Below are positions 24,973-38,943 of a stretch of 64,000 nt of DNA, piece by piece. The stretch spans positions 48,322,508 through 48,386,507 of the forward strand of contig NC_090405.1 of assembly GCF_036365525.1 (NCBI RefSeq), read 5' to 3'. Each line of letters opens with the position of its first letter. Position 1 is the stretch's first letter. This stretch comes from Heterodontus francisci. Its lineage: Eukaryota. A program made the position numbers and the translations under genes. The notes under the pieces were generated by a model. It was not told where the DNA came from. It made no database searches and was given only the letters and a program-made list of their open reading frames with translations.

Positions 24973-26663
24973 AAAAACAAAAAATGCTGGAAATATTCAG
25001 CAGGTCTGGCAGCATCTGTGGAGAGCAAAGCAGAGTTAACATTTCAAGTCAGCGACCTTTCATCAGAATTGGCAAAGGTCAGAAATGTAATAGATTTTAA
25101 GCAAATAAAGCAGGGGGTGGGACAAAAGATAACAAAAGACAAGGTGTTGATAGGACAGAGGGTCACAGAGAATAACTGACCAGAAGGTCACGGAGCAAAC
25201 GGTGTGTTCATAATGTTCAGTCCTGGCCAAAAGCACAAACATGAAAAAAACAGTGGGCAGGCACATGGTAAAAAATGAACAAACTAAAATAAAAAAAAAT
25301 AAAACTAAAAATAAAAAAAGGGGGGCCAGTCATGCTCTGAAATTATTGAACTCAGTGTTCAGTCCGGTAGGCTGTAGTGTGCCTAATCAGTAAATGAGAT
25401 GCTGCTCCACGAGCTTGCGTTGATGTTCATTGGAACACTGCAGCAAGCCCAGGACAGAGATGTGGGCATGAGAACAAGGGGGTATGTTGAAATGGCAAGC
25501 GACAGGAAGCTCAGGGTCATGTTTTTAGACTGAGCGAAGGAGTTCCACAAAGCGGTCACCCAATCTGCATTTGGTCTCCCCAATGTAGAGACTGCATTGT
25601 GAGCAGCGAATACAGTATACTAAATTGTAAGAAGTACAAGTAAATCGCTGCTACACCTGAAAGGAGTATTTGGGGCCTTGGATAGTGAGGAGAGAGAGGA
25701 GATAAAGGGGCAGGTATTACACCTCCTGTGATTGCATGGGAAGGTACGAGGTGTCAGGGTAATAGAGGAGTGGACCAGGGTGTCGCGGAGGGAACGATCC
25801 CTGCGGAATGCTGATGGGGAGGGAAGGGGAAGATGCATTTGGTAGCGGGACATCACGCTGGACGTGGTGGAACTGGTGGAGGATGATCCTTTGGATGTGG
25901 AGGCTGGTGGGGTGGAAAGTGAGGACAAGGGAACCCTGTCGCAGTTCTGGAAGGGAGGGGAAAGGGTGAGAGCAGAGGTGCAGGAAATGGGCCGGACACG
26001 GTTGAGGGCCCTGTCAACCACAGTGAGGGGGAATCCTCGGTTGAGGATAAAGGAAGACATATCAGAAGTGCTGTTGTGGAAGGTTGCATCATCAGAGCAG
26101 ATGCATTGGAGACTGAGAAACTGAGAGAATGGAATGCAGTCCTTACAGGAGGTAGGGTGTGAAGAAGTGTAGTCAAGGTAGCTGTGGAAGTCGGTGGGCT
26201 TATAATGAATATTAGTAAACAGCTTATCCCCAGAGACGAAGACAGAGAAGTTAAAGGAAGGGAAGGGAAGTGTCGGAGATGGACCATGTAAAAGGTGAGA
26301 GAAGGGTGGAAATTGGAAGCAATGTTGATAAAGTTTTCCAGTTCGGGGCGGGAGCAGGAAATGGCACCGATACAGTCATCAATGTACCGGAAAAAGAGTT
26401 GGGGGAGGGGGCCTGAGTAGGACTGGAACAAGGAATGTTCAACATATCCCACAAAAAGACAGGCATAACTAAAACCTGAGCAGGTACCCATAGCAACACC
26501 TTTTACTTGAAGGAAGTGAATGGAGTTGAAGGAGAAGTTGTTCAATGTGGGAACAAGCTCAGCCAGGCAGAGGAGGGTGGTGTTGGTTGGGAACTGGTTG
26601 GTCCTCTGTTCAAGGAAGAAGCCGAGAGCTCTCAAACCGTCCTGGTGAGGGATGGAGGTGTAG
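24973..26663 (-). mobile_element. 5'-truncated Neptune-like Penelope element (RT C-terminus + GIY-YIG), inserted in a CR1 3' end
   Basis: GVAMGT, RYIDD, CNHRRCNTC motifs; AGACGT duplication at 24967-24972 and 26664-26669. Confidence 0.9.
25034..25070 (-). ncRNA. Hammerhead motif, family A (slightly decayed)
   Basis: Reverse strand: AATT-CTGATGA-a-AGGTC-gct-GACTT-GAAA-TG-TT-AACT. Confidence 0.65.
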
Positions 26664-27053
26664 AGACGTGATGGACCAAATAGTCTGTTTCGGTGCCGTA
26701 AATTCTATAGAATACAAATTAATTCCTCCACTGGTCGTTACACAATCTCCTTCTTTAGATCAAAACCAGAAGCGTGCATTCCCCCTACGGTCTGCAAGCT
26801 GCAGTTTCTGTGCAAAGCCATCAGCTTCTTCAGGCTGCACTGCAGCTGATACAGTACGACCTGCTCTCAGATCACCGGTGTCAATATTTCGTTACACACT
26901 AACTTTGGCATCACAGCAAAATGGAAACAGCATCAGTGCAATGCCAGAGGTTGAACACAGATGCATCCAAAGATGCGTCAGTCAACGAGTGCAGAAGATC
27001 AAGCATTCGGTGGTAACAGAGTGACAATTCCAGATCAATAGTTTAAGCCCTAC

Positions 27054-27262
27054 CTCTATTTTTATCACTGTGAAATCAGACACTGGAGGATCATACACAA
27101 AAACGCACGGGTCACAAGGATCCTGAACGGATGGGAAGATCTTCGCATTTGCTGGCGCCGGTGTGTAATTGAGCATTTCACAAAGGGTCTGAACATCAAT
27201 GAATTTTGGAGTGAGGCCAGCTCGCACAGTGTTATCAGAACACGCCATACATTCGATACAAT
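27054..27262 (-). CDS. MPI: MPI exon 7 ([24 protein letters not shown]...[14 protein letters not shown])
   Basis: 209 nt; [17 protein letters not shown] signature. Confidence 0.98.
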
Positions 27263-28159
27263 CTAGAACAGATAAAAGAAAATTAATCACCACGAGCCAG
27301 TTATTCCGCATCCCATTGCTTAAATATCTCAACAGCAGTTGGAATCAGAATAACCCATATTACACTGCAGAGCCAGAGGTTGGTTGCAGAACTATCCAGA
27401 ACCCAGTAAGATTAAAGAGCTTAACTCGCCTCCCCTTCCCCCCCCCCCGCCAGTATTGTTGTAAATATATGGAATGAATATCCATTAAATGCAGTAAATA
27501 CCATGTAGGGTAACTCCTTAGATCGTTGGCTGTAAAAACCAATTTGTAGTCAGCAGCGCCTCGCTTACAAACTTTGGCTGAACAGGCGACAGTTCTATGA
27601 GTGCGTTTATTCACATGAGCACAGGTCAGGGGAGGGATCAAAGAGGTACTGAAGAAAATTTGGGTAAGCTTATAAAAGTGCATGGAGAGTCCAAGGGTTC
27701 TCCCTGAGGGCCTTTTACATCAGTCTGAAACTACACTGGAGTTATACAGCCTCCTCAGGGATGGGAATCACACCATTTCGGAGTTAGACCAGGAGTGGAT
27801 TCCAGAATTAGCATCATTTTGACTGCATGACTAGCAGAGACCCGCAAAACATTTGCGGTGAAATTGGTATCTTTATTGCAACATTACTTCTTCAAATCCC
27901 TATCCCATGCAATTCCATCTTTCTCATGACATCCCTCTATGTCATATTCATCCCACTCATATCGTCCCCCAACCCACCCCTTCTTCCTATTCCATCCCCA
28001 TCCCATACCTCCCATGCATTATCCCATGCAACCCGTTCCCACCCCTGCCTCTCCAATGATGTTCCTCCCTCACAATGCCATTCCCCCCAGCCCCCTCCCA
28101 TGTTCCCCCCATTCCGCACGCCCTACCATGCCATTCCACCCCACCTCCCTCCCATGCCA

Positions 28160-28420
28160 CAGCTCTCTCCACCTCCCTCCCATGTTGTTGACCCCTCCAC
28201 CTCCCTCCCGTGTTGTTGACCCCTCCACCTCCCTCCCGTGCCGTTGACCCCTCCCGTGCCGTTGACCCCTCCACCTCCCTCCCGTGCCGTTGCCCCCTCC
28301 CGTGCCGTTGCCCCCTCCACCTCCCTCCCGTGCCGTTGCCCCCTCCACCTGCCTCCCGTGCCGTTGCCCCCTCCACCTCCCTCCCGTGCCGTTGCCCCCT
28401 CCACCTCCCTCCCATGTCCT
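28160..28420. repeat. 28-bp minisatellite (CCCCCTCCACCTCCCTCCCGTGCCGTTG) in a C-rich tract ~27890-28610, MPI intron 6
   Basis: Tandem 28-nt units with interspersed 17-nt variants. Confidence 0.9.
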
Positions 28421-29203
28421 TCCCCCCTCCACCCCACACCCATGCCATTCCCCCCTCTACATTCCTCCCATGTTGTTTCCCCCTCCACCTCCCTGCCATG
28501 CTGCTCACCCGCAGCTTCCTCCCATGCCATCCCCTCCCTCAACTATACCATCGCTTTCCCCTTCCTATGCCATCCCCCACCACCCTCCCCAGTCCCCCCA
28601 GCCAGGGTAACACTGCTGTTGGACTCCCCTTACCTTCTGCTGTTTTTTATCTCCACCAATTTCCCCTCCCCCAACCATATGTGCGTCACACACTCCAGTT
28701 CTCCGCCCACCAACCAATGAGAACAGTGCAAACAAAAAAAAAAACTCATTAGAGATTGGTCACACCTCCGACCCACACACATTATTTCCTGTTGTTGCAA
28801 TTTTTGGTCATGCTTTTATATCAATATGTACCACTGTTAATTGCTAGGTTAATGATATGAACAGGAAAATATTGCATGCAAGCTAATGTGTTTCAATGTT
28901 GTGCAATGCTTGACTCATTATTTCAAATTCCTCCCATTGGTCACATACCTATAAGTCAGAATATCTCTCCTGCCTGAATGTTGGAAGGACATATAGAAGT
29001 GCTGTGACTGTTTGGCCACAATTCAATTAAAGCCGAACAACCACAATTATGCATTTATCAAAATGCATGCTGCGGGGGGGGGGGGGGGGGGTGGGGGAAC
29101 CTTACAGAACAACAATGCAAAAATTGAACAGTCAAAACATACACTTTAACGAATTAATGGTCATTCCTATCTTGTCTTTTCATGAACAGACTCAAAATCT
29201 CAC

Positions 29204-29377
29204 CTCCGTAAAGATAAGCGTGGGGTTCATTCGCTCCTAGAAACATGGCTTCCCCAGGTTGCAGCTTCACTAGATTCAGAAAGTAGATGACGAAACACCC
29301 AACATCACCCGGAAACTGAGAGTGTAACCGTAGCAACAGCTCACCGTTACTTCCCATAGTATCCTTGCCCGCAGCAG
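29204..29377 (-). CDS. MPI: MPI exon 6 (...[18 protein letters not shown]...[18 protein letters not shown])
   Basis: 174 nt; ANEPHAY motif. Confidence 0.98.
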
Positions 29378-30596
29378 CTACAGAACATGGGAACTTGTTA
29401 GTTCTGAACTGTGGCATGTGCCGTATGAAAACAGGGAGTGAAAAGTTAAAATGGCAAATACGGGAAAATGGAAAACATAAAAATGTTACAAATATAAAAG
29501 CACTGTCAGTAGACGTTAGTATTTCAGCTGGGTGCCTTTATCAGCTCATTGAAGGCATGTGCTAGAAACAGTGACCCATCTTTCTTTCAAAAGCTGATCA
29601 TTTTATTGTACAATAACAGCATTTTTCTTTTACTTTCTAGCAGCTGCAGTTTTTTTTTCCAAAAGTTAAACCAGAGAGAAGCTGGGATTGCTCTCCTTAG
29701 AGCAGAGAAGGTTAAAGGGAGATTTAATAGATGTGATCAAAATTATGAAAGGCTCTGATAAAACAAATAGGGAGAAACTGTTTCCACCGGCATGAGGGCT
29801 GGCAACCAAAGAACACAGATTTAAGATAACTGGTTAAAAATAAATGCAGAGGGAAGATGAGGAGAATGTTTTTAATGCAGCGAGTCATTACCATCTGGAA
29901 TGTACTGCCTGAAATGGTGGTGGAAGCAGATTCAATCACAACTTCTAAAAGGAAATTTTATAAATACTTATAAGTATAAATTTGGGAGTGGGACCAATTG
30001 GATAGCTCTTTCAAAGAGCCAGCACAGGCACGGATGAGCAGAATGGCTTCCTTCTAAGTCCAAAGATTTTATGATTTTAATTGTTGGTCACTTAGTCACT
30101 AAGTGTCAGCTTGGCTTGCTCGGCAGCACTCACACCTCAGAGTTCAAGGCACATTCCAGGACTAAGTTGACACTGCAATGCATTACAGAGTGTTGCATTT
30201 CCACTGTCCCACAGATAAGGCATTAAATTTAGGCCTGGCAATCCTTGTGGATGCTGAAGATCCCATGGCGTAACTTAAAGGGAATGGAGTTCTCCTGGTG
30301 TCTCTCACAGACATTAACTGGTCATTCATCTCATTTCTGCTCGTGGGATCTTACCTTGTGTAAAATGGCTGTCACACATACTTGCATAACAGTGACTGCA
30401 CTTTGTGTCAGTGAGACATTTCTGACAGCTGTGAGATGGTAGATTAATGCAAATATTTGTTCAAGAGTCCCATATGTCAACAAATTTATAAAAATGTTTA
30501 AGAAGTATTTCACTACAAACATTAGTTCAGTATGTGCAAACTAATTTACATTTGCCTTTAACACTGCTCTTCAGTCTGATCATTAATGTCACAAAC

Positions 30597-30776
30597 CTTC
30601 TTGCACCACCCTCTTCACTAACATATTCAGCCGATCAACAAAGGCTTTCTTTTCACAGTTCATCATTCTGGTAAAGCACTTCTTCAAAGCAGCAGATACC
30701 TGGTGTGCATCACCTGTGCTATTTTCAAGCATTTCTGCAGCTTCATTGCCAATCACTGCATGGAATTCCGGGACAT
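30597..30776 (-). CDS. MPI: MPI exon 5 (VPEFHAVIGNEAAE...LVKRVVQE)
   Basis: 180 nt, phase 1/1, canonical splice sites. Confidence 0.95.
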
Positions 30777-30970
30777 CTGCAACAAAGCGCACGTGTTTCA
30801 GAGGTGAAAAGGAAAACAGTGAGGGTCAGACATTTGCTAAATGCTAGAAACTTCAGTTTTCACCTGAAAGAGAAAGGCAGGTTAATACTTTGGGTGTAAC
30901 ACTTCATCAGAATATTAGGATAATGGAGAGAGGGAGAGCCAAATTTCCTGCTCATAATTAACACTGATAA

Positions 30971-31435
30971 TGGCTTGGCCATGTGAGCCGCATGGAAGAT
31001 GGCAGGATCCCCAAAGACACATTGTACAGCGAGCTCGCCACTGGTATCAGACCCACCGGCCGTCCATGTCTCCGTTATAAAGACGTCTGCAAACGTGACA
31101 TGAAATCGTGTGACATTGATCACAAGTCGTGGGAGTCAGTTGCCAGCATTCGCCAGAGCTGGCGGGCAGCCATAAAGACAGGGCTAAATTGTGGCGAGTC
31201 GAAGAGACTTAGTAGTTGGCAGGAAAAAAGACAGAGGCGCAAGGGGAGAGCCAACTGTGCAACAGCCCCAACAAACAAATTTCTCTGCAGCACCTGTGGA
31301 AGAGCCTGTCACTCCAGAATTGGCCTTTATAGCCACTCCAGGCGCTGCTTCACAAACCACTGACCACCTCCAGGCGCGTATCCATTGTCTCTCGAGATAA
31401 GGAGGCCCAAAAGAAAGAAAAAGAAAAAGAAAAGA
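30971..31435 (+). mobile_element. RTE/BovB-like LINE 3' fragment
   Basis: Intact C-terminus CSTCGRACHSRIGLYSHSRRC; AATGGCT duplication at 30969-30975 and 31436-31442. Confidence 0.9.
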
Positions 31436-32384
31436 AATGGCTGAAAATGCACATGTGCGAATGTTAGGTGAGGGGAGGGTCAGGATTGACTGGGAGGGCT
31501 CACACAGTTGAACAGCTGAGAACCATCATTTATGCAAGGTATCGGAGAATGAGGAACCATGCTCCCATACAAGTCATTCCCATCAACAAAGGAAACACCT
31601 AGACTTGGGTGTGCTGGGCACAATTCCATAATTTGCAGATGAACCAGAGGTGACATGAGGAAAACCTTTTTTCAAATGCAATGAGTGGTTAGGATCTGGA
31701 ATGTGGTGCAGGCAGATTCAATTGTGGCTTTCATAATTATCTGATAAAGAAAACAATTGTAGGGCTACAGGGAAAAGGCAGGCAAGTGGGACTAGTTGAA
31801 TAGCTCTTTCAGACAGCCTGCACTGACACGATGAGCTGATTGGCCTCCTTCTGTGCTGTAACCATTCTATGAAAGGACAAGATCAGAAGGGGATAAAGAA
31901 ACAATGTCTGACGAATGGTATATAAAATGAATGTCCAGCTAAAACTTGTTTGTTGGTGTTAATTGAGGGAAGAATATTGGCCTGGACACAGAAGAGTCCA
32001 GCCTGCTCTTTTTCAAATAGTGACATATGATCTTTTATGTCCACCTGAGCAGGCAAATAATGAGCACATCCAACAACATAGCCTTCCCATATTGCTGCAC
32101 TTAAGTATTAGCCTAGACTATAGTGTAGCTTGAACCCAAAACCTTCAATCTTGAAAGTGAGTGTGCTGCCAAATGAGCCCAGCTGACACTTATTGCTGAT
32201 CGTTCAGAGTTCACACACAGTGATATTGACAGGAGGACTGAACTGTCAAAACTGCTCCAGGAGATTCCTAGGCAATTCATATCAGCATATTCAGAATACA
32301 GAAAAAACACGCAATGTTTTAGCTGTAAGTCTACTATTAAGATTCCCTCGAGTTCTTACCAATACATGTCAGAAATCCTCTTAC

Positions 32385-32526
32385 TTTTCAAAAATCCAAC
32401 AATTTCTTCCACTGGTCTAAATCCACATAGCCCTTCAAATGGAGTCAGTGCTATGGCCATTTCTGGTTTGTGATTTTTATCTGGGTAACGATCTGGAAAC
32501 TGAGTGTGGAGTTGTACAGCTAGCTC
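32385..32526 (-). CDS. MPI: MPI exon 4 (ELAVQLH...[25 protein letters not shown]...)
   Basis: 142 nt; PMI signature YxDxNHKPE. Confidence 0.98.
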
Positions 32527-33324
32527 CTGGAAAAGACACAAATTCCGTAAACTATGAGCATTGCATCACTGACTAATCTTTAAAATCTGAACAATTTTAA
32601 ATTTAATAACAATTCAGTACAGCGTGTTGATTCCTATTTTAAAAAAAAGGTATATTTTCAATTTTTTGTGTTTGAGTACTGGGACATTGAGCAGAAACAG
32701 GATGAAGCACTTCCAAGTTAAGGATAGCAAAAATTTGGGGTCAGTCTCGCTTCAATCTGTCCAAACAGTAGGCAGCATAGCTTTACCCACACTGCCCCAA
32801 TAAAGTAGGAGGATTTCTGCTTCACTATTCCTAGCAAAACTGTAAATATATGTATAAATATTTGAGTATATTATAGACATTAGAAGTGTTATATATGTTT
32901 ATATGTTCCTCCAGTACCTTGTTCCACCAGCCTTACAAGAGCCCTTCCCTAATTCACCCACAGCTTTATTTATGGTCTCCAGTGAAACTGGCAATCAGAT
33001 TGCACCAGTTAAATTAATGATAGCTCTGCACCATGCATTCATTTTTGACCGAGACTGCTCAAGCTTTACATGATTTAGGACGTTTGCAGTTGGCAGCGAG
33101 ACAGAAGACTTTTGATCAATCATTCGTGGCGGGAATTAAAGGTTCCACAGGTGAAAGTAGGGTGTGTAAACCCTCTATACCACTCATCTGACATCAATAT
33201 GCAAAAAGAACTACGTATGGAGACATTCTTTTTGCTTCAGCATATTTGGAAACACTTAATTTTATGCATAGATGGGTCCAGTGCTTATCTAGCTAATCTG
33301 CACAGTTGGTTGTTACAAGTGGAC

Positions 33325-33860
33325 GCATGCACTTGTCAGATCAGTTGGAAGGGTATATACAAAAATGTTGCATCGTTGCTCACTCTGCTCGTACGCTTGC
33401 CTTGGAGGCAGTGCAGCAAAGGTTCATTAGATCAGTCACTGGGATAAGAGGGTTGTCCTCCGATAAGAGGCTGAGTAAATCGCGCCTATATTCGCCAAAG
33501 TTTAAAATAATGAGAGGTGATCTCAGTGAAACATACAAGATTGGAGACACAGAGGTCGTTTCCCCTGACTGCAGAATCTAGACCACGGGGGCAGAGTCTC
33601 AGGATAAAGGTCGATTATTTAGGATTGAAGTGTGGAGAAATTTCTTCACTCAAAGAGTTGTGAATCTTTGGAATTCTAGACACCAAAGGGTTGTAGATGC
33701 TCATTAACTGAATATATTTAAGGCCGGGATAGATGGATTTTTGGTCTCTCAGAGAACCAAGGGATATGGGGAGCCGGCAGGAAATGGGAGTTGAAGCCAA
33801 AGATCGTACTGAATGACGGAGCAGGTTTGGCGGGCCTACTCCTGCTCCTATTTCTTATGC
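33325..33860 (+). mobile_element. Decayed CR1 3' fragment (similar ones at ~3595-3995, ~24470-24970, ~29680-30078, ~55590-56090)
   Basis: LEAVQQRF..MRGDL.ETYK and CR1 3' UTR. Confidence 0.75.
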
Positions 33861-34544
33861 ATGCTTGATTGATATGGTGTGCAATTTGGTCCAATGCATT
33901 CTCTCTCACTCTATACCACAGACTTTGCCTGGGTTACAAATTAAGCAGTTTGGCTATCCTACAAAAATGATTTTTTAAATTATTGTTTTTAACGTCCAGT
34001 AGAAAAGGCAGTTTGATATGATTCCCACTGTGTTCTGAAACCAAACTGGGAACCCTGAGGGAATACCAGAGTTCACTAGATTTCTGTCAGTTGGAGCTAG
34101 ACAGACAATCTTGAGAGTATTAAGCATACTGTTTTGAGAGTTCTATGTTAATGCTAACATGTTCTTTATATCGCTGGATACCAGTAAGCTAAAATTCTGC
34201 AATAATAGCTCTGTTTTCCTCTGGGCAACTGCCATGGTCTGTCAAAGTCAGAACAGGGGCAACTGAAAGTGTGCCAACATTTGGAGATGGAAATCACTGT
34301 CGAAGATAATAAGTCTTGCCCTTGTACATAATGTATTTCAGCTCAACACCTTTGAAATGACATCACTCTCCATTCAAAGCTCTTCTCTATTAAAAGTAGA
34401 GTTTTGTTCAGAATTTAAAATTCTGAGTGCGCATAAAATATGTGCAAGATCAAGCAAAGTGTAGATTCTATGCACCAAAGGTGATATTTGCCCAGTTAAC
34501 TGGGAAACACTTAAAAAGTCGTAATTAACCATATTTGTACTTAC

Positions 34545-34745
34545 TTTGTTTGGATGAGCTTGAATAGATAATGAAATGTTGACCGAAAGCACCTTGAACA
34601 AAAAAGGCAGCTGTCCTTGGAAAATGTCTTTCACCTTTGACCCCAAACATTCGGGATATTCTACAATCCATTCACCAAGAGTCTTCTGGGAAATTCTGTT
34701 GTCGCAGATGATGGCATCCCCTTTGGGATGTGCTCCCATCCATAA
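34545..34745 (-). CDS. MPI: MPI exon 3 (LWMGAHPKG...[22 protein letters not shown])
   Basis: 201 nt; LSIQAHP zinc-ligand motif. Confidence 0.98.
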
Positions 34746-35972
34746 CTAATAGAAAATCGCAACAAAACAGCATCACTTTTCAAGCAAAGTAATAGTTCCT
34801 GCATATTGCCAGATTGTAGAATATTTTTCTTAATTATTTTGCATATAGTTTTAGTGTTCTTGTCATTAACACAGTAACACCATAAAGATTTGCAATATGT
34901 TATGAATAATTTTGCATTATTTTGATTATTTCTTAAACCATCATCTGAATTTATCAGCATTCCTTCTTCCTCAACTGGACTCTAGGTGACGCGGTCTTGT
35001 CCAGAGCAGAGAAGTATGATTGATCACAATACAGATTTGTTTGCTGCTCGTACAATATTCACCAGAATACTGGTCGAGATTTTAGCTCATTCAAAACCCA
35101 CCCACTTGCACAGTTAAAATCAGGCCCATTGTGTGAAAAATTGACATTTCAGTTAATGGGACACTTCTGTTCTTGTCAATAAGTGATTAGCATATCGAAC
35201 AAACCTCCAGATTGGATCATGGAGGCAAAAACTCTAGGATTATTTAAGAAATGGTTGGATGCTGGTATTTTGTGGTATGGGGAATTCAGTAGAGGATGAA
35301 TTACATTGGACTGAATGGCTAGACACTAGATAAATATGGAGGAGGAAAGCCATTACATCATACATTGCACCCGTAGAGTACATCCACTCAAACAGGCTTA
35401 TTTAACATCTTGCCTAAAAGAGGGTACATCTGACAATACAGCACTCCTTCCAGACAGCTCTAAAGTCCAGATTACATGTACATATCCTTGAAATGAAACT
35501 TTAACTCATGGGTTTCTGACACAGCTGAGATTGATACCACTGAGCCAAGCTAAGCTAAACAAAAGGGCAAAGCTGCTTCAAATGCTTAACTTTAACATTT
35601 TAAGAGCACAGCACCACAAGAAAGTGGGGAAGCAGGGTCATGTTAACCTGCCACATTCCCAAGCTTCTGATCTATCCAGTGTCCATATGGGAAGAGCCGA
35701 GCAGAGACCAAGCACAACTTCTGAAAGAAAAATTGAGAGCCCACCCAAGGATGATCTCAACATCTCCTGCCACCTGGCTCAAAGCAGCAATGATGGAGGC
35801 CAGAGAGGCACCAGCACTAAGGGAATGAATGGCAACCAAAGGGGGAGGAAAATAAAGTTCACCCACTCCCAAGAAAATTAGTTAATGACAGCAAGACCCT
35901 CTTTAAAGCTGACCTCCCACTTAAAACAACCACCTTGGATTCTGTTTGTCTGAAGCAAAGTGAATAAAATAC

Positions 35973-36100
35973 CTCGGCATAGGGTTTCCCTTGTTCAATG
36001 ACTACAGAGGGATCATCACTAAAAGTGAGTTTTGCCACCTCACTCTCCAGGCCAAACTTCCCCCAGGCATAATGCTGCACGGCACACTTCAGCGGAAACA
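35973..36100 (-). CDS. MPI: MPI exon 2 ([24 protein letters not shown]...KPYAE)
   Basis: 128 nt, ag/gt bounded; type I PMI N-terminal motif. Confidence 0.97.
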
Positions 36101-38598
36101 CTGGGGAAACAAAACATTGAAGATCGCTATCTGTCTCCAGATTACAGTGCAACACTCAAGATAATTGACTTCCACATTTGGTGTATGTTAGAATAAAGGT
36201 ACAAGACTTGGTTTTAATTTTCTGACCAATCATGTAGTAGAAAGCTGAAAACCTACACTGTATAATAAAAAGGACATTTATAAATGCCTTACAACTCCAA
36301 CAGGACTTTTAGTCTGCCCCTCATGCTGAGATCCAATCTTTCAAATCTCCCAGTTCATATTTAAATTAGGCAAGCCAGGAAGGAGATGTATGAGATTGCA
36401 CTGTCTAATAGATAGGGCAAACACTGATGGTCTTTCTCATCCTTCTATTCTTGCACAAGTAAATTGCCTGTATCAATGCACATGATTAATTGATAAGTAC
36501 GCGTTATCACGTCCAAGATGGTAGTGAAGATGGGAAAGAGGTTTAGAGAATCATGCCACAGAGCCATCTTAAGGCCACAGCCTCACAGCTGACAGAGCCC
36601 ATTGAAGGGGAAATGTTGACAACCATTTACAAAGGCAAATGCTGACACAAAATTGACCAGAAATACTGATAACAGGAATTAATGGTCTTACGCAAAAATG
36701 TTGATATGTCTGCAATGCTCTGCCCACAGAACAGTAAAAATCCTGCAAATCCATGAAATAAAAACAGATTTTTTTGACGCAGACACTGTGACCTGATGGC
36801 CCTGGATGTGCATATACAGGAAAAAGAATTTCCCAGCAATACATTATCAATTAGTTAATGATAGAACTTTGCAGTGATGGTGTTGCAATTATTAATCTTT
36901 ACCCAAGAGGGTCATTGAGCATCCACATAGAGCACATTTTCACATTAACAACTGCTCTAACCATAAAAATTGAAATGGATACACACCCTTCAGTGATTAC
37001 AGACGTGCAATCTTACCTGCAAGTCACAGGTGATGATCAAAAAACAAAAACCAGCTGACCTAGTGGGTGAATGCAGCATATGATGTGGCACTGAGCCACA
37101 CAGACCAGGTTTAATCAGAACTTACTGATGTTAGCAGGAGCAGCAGTTGGACTGCTATGTGTGAGCTTGGAAAGATCACTATTCAGTGACTTAAACACAT
37201 CTCAATGATGGGTAAAGGCATAAATCGGATTCAATAATGATGCACTCTGCAGTTGAATAGGCCCAAATCAAGGCTTGGGGAGAGTGCCAGAGGACAAATG
37301 CATTCAGAGAAAGTATCCCAGTAAGAAATCAATATCTTAATTTTAAAGATCTCAATCAGATCACCTCAATGCCTTCCCTTTTCTAATGAGAATTTTCTCA
37401 ATTCACATGACGTGGTACTGAACTGTACAGGCCAGAGTATTCAATTTCTGGTCTATCACAAGTTGGCTGATCCCTGCCAAAGACCAATAGTTACAGCAGG
37501 GCAAATAAAAGTAGTTATTCAACCTTTGTTTTGCACTTTCGGATGTGAACTGAACCCTTGAATTACATTACCACCTTGAAATCACTCCAGGTTATCTGCT
37601 ATACCACATTAAAAATCTGGCCTGAGCTCCTTTACGAGATTACCTCCTTGGAATTACTCCCAGGTACCCACTCATTCATCGAGAATATGTATCTCATTCG
37701 TTATATTTCAATTCGAACAGCAAATCGTCTATTGCAAACCAATTCCTACTGGGCACGTTCCAAACAGTATCATAGCCCACGTCCAAGGGTTCGCCCATTG
37801 TGTACACACATAATGTGTACACTGTCTCACACAATCCTTCGTTGCTTATTTTGATTAATAAATTACCTTATGGCAATTTTTTTTAAAAGCCTTTGTTTTA
37901 TTTAATTCATGTACTTGCTAGCATGCATTTACTGCTGAATGTGCAGACAGACTGCCTGAATGCTACTGATTACTTTCCTTGTTCACTGTAACGGACGAAT
38001 CTAGAATCAAGAGTGCTAGTTCTGACTAGTTTTTACTACGTGATCTTCAATCCGTGTGCAGATATGTTTTCCTTACCAAGGTTCTGTCCTGTACCTGTTC
38101 CTCTATAAAATGAACACTTTGCCTGTCACTCCCTAAAATATCTCGAGTCCACAATAAAAATAAGCTACGACTGAATTATAAAGGTGACCAGACACCTGAG
38201 TTACAAAAATCCCCTCTTACTGGCATTACATTTCACCGGCAGGTGAAACAAGCTGAGGATATTAAAATTTCACTGTAATAATCAGCAGAAAATCATTAAA
38301 GGTCCTGAGGCTCCTAACACTGCAACCTCTCTGTTCGGTGATTTCAAATATTCAGATTAGAAGGATGAATACGTTGGCATGACGAATGAGTGTAGAAATG
38401 ATGAGGCAGATGAGGATAATTTTTTTTTGTAGCAAGTTGTAATCTAGAATGTGCTGCCAGAAAATGTGGTGGAAGCAGATTCAATAACTTTGAAAAGGGG
38501 GTTGGATAAATACTTGAAGAGGAAAAAAAATGGTAGGGCCCTGGGAAAGTTGGTGGTAGTGGGGTGAGGGGGGAGTGGGGGGGAGGTGGTGTGGGTAA

Positions 38599-38943
38599 TT
38601 AGATTAGATTAGATTAGAGATACAGCACTGAAACAGGCCCTTCGGCCCACCGAGTCTGTGCCGAACACCCATTTATACTAATCCTACACTAATCCCATAT
38701 TCCCAACAAACATCCCCACCTGTCCCTATATTTCCCTACCACCTACCTATACTGATGACAATTTATAATGGCCAATTTACCTGTCAACCTGCAAGTCTTT
38801 TGGCTTGTGGGAGGAAACCGGAGCACCCGGAGAAAACCCACGCAGACACAGGGAGAACTTGCAAACTCCACACAGGCAGTACCCAGAATCGAACCCGGGT
38901 CCCTGGAGCTATGAGGCTGCGGTGCTAACCACTGCGCCACTGT
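38599..38943 (-). mobile_element. HE1-type V-SINE
   Basis: Reverse copy with (TCTAA)n tail, inside an old CR1 3' end. Confidence 0.9.

Noticed and set aside
28160-28420. CRISPR-like 28-bp repeats
   Set aside because: Tandem units without unique spacers, no cas genes, vertebrate DNA
27937-28752. Multiple overlapping Pro/Gly/Arg-rich ORFs
   Set aside because: Artefacts of a stop-poor minisatellite inside MPI intron 6
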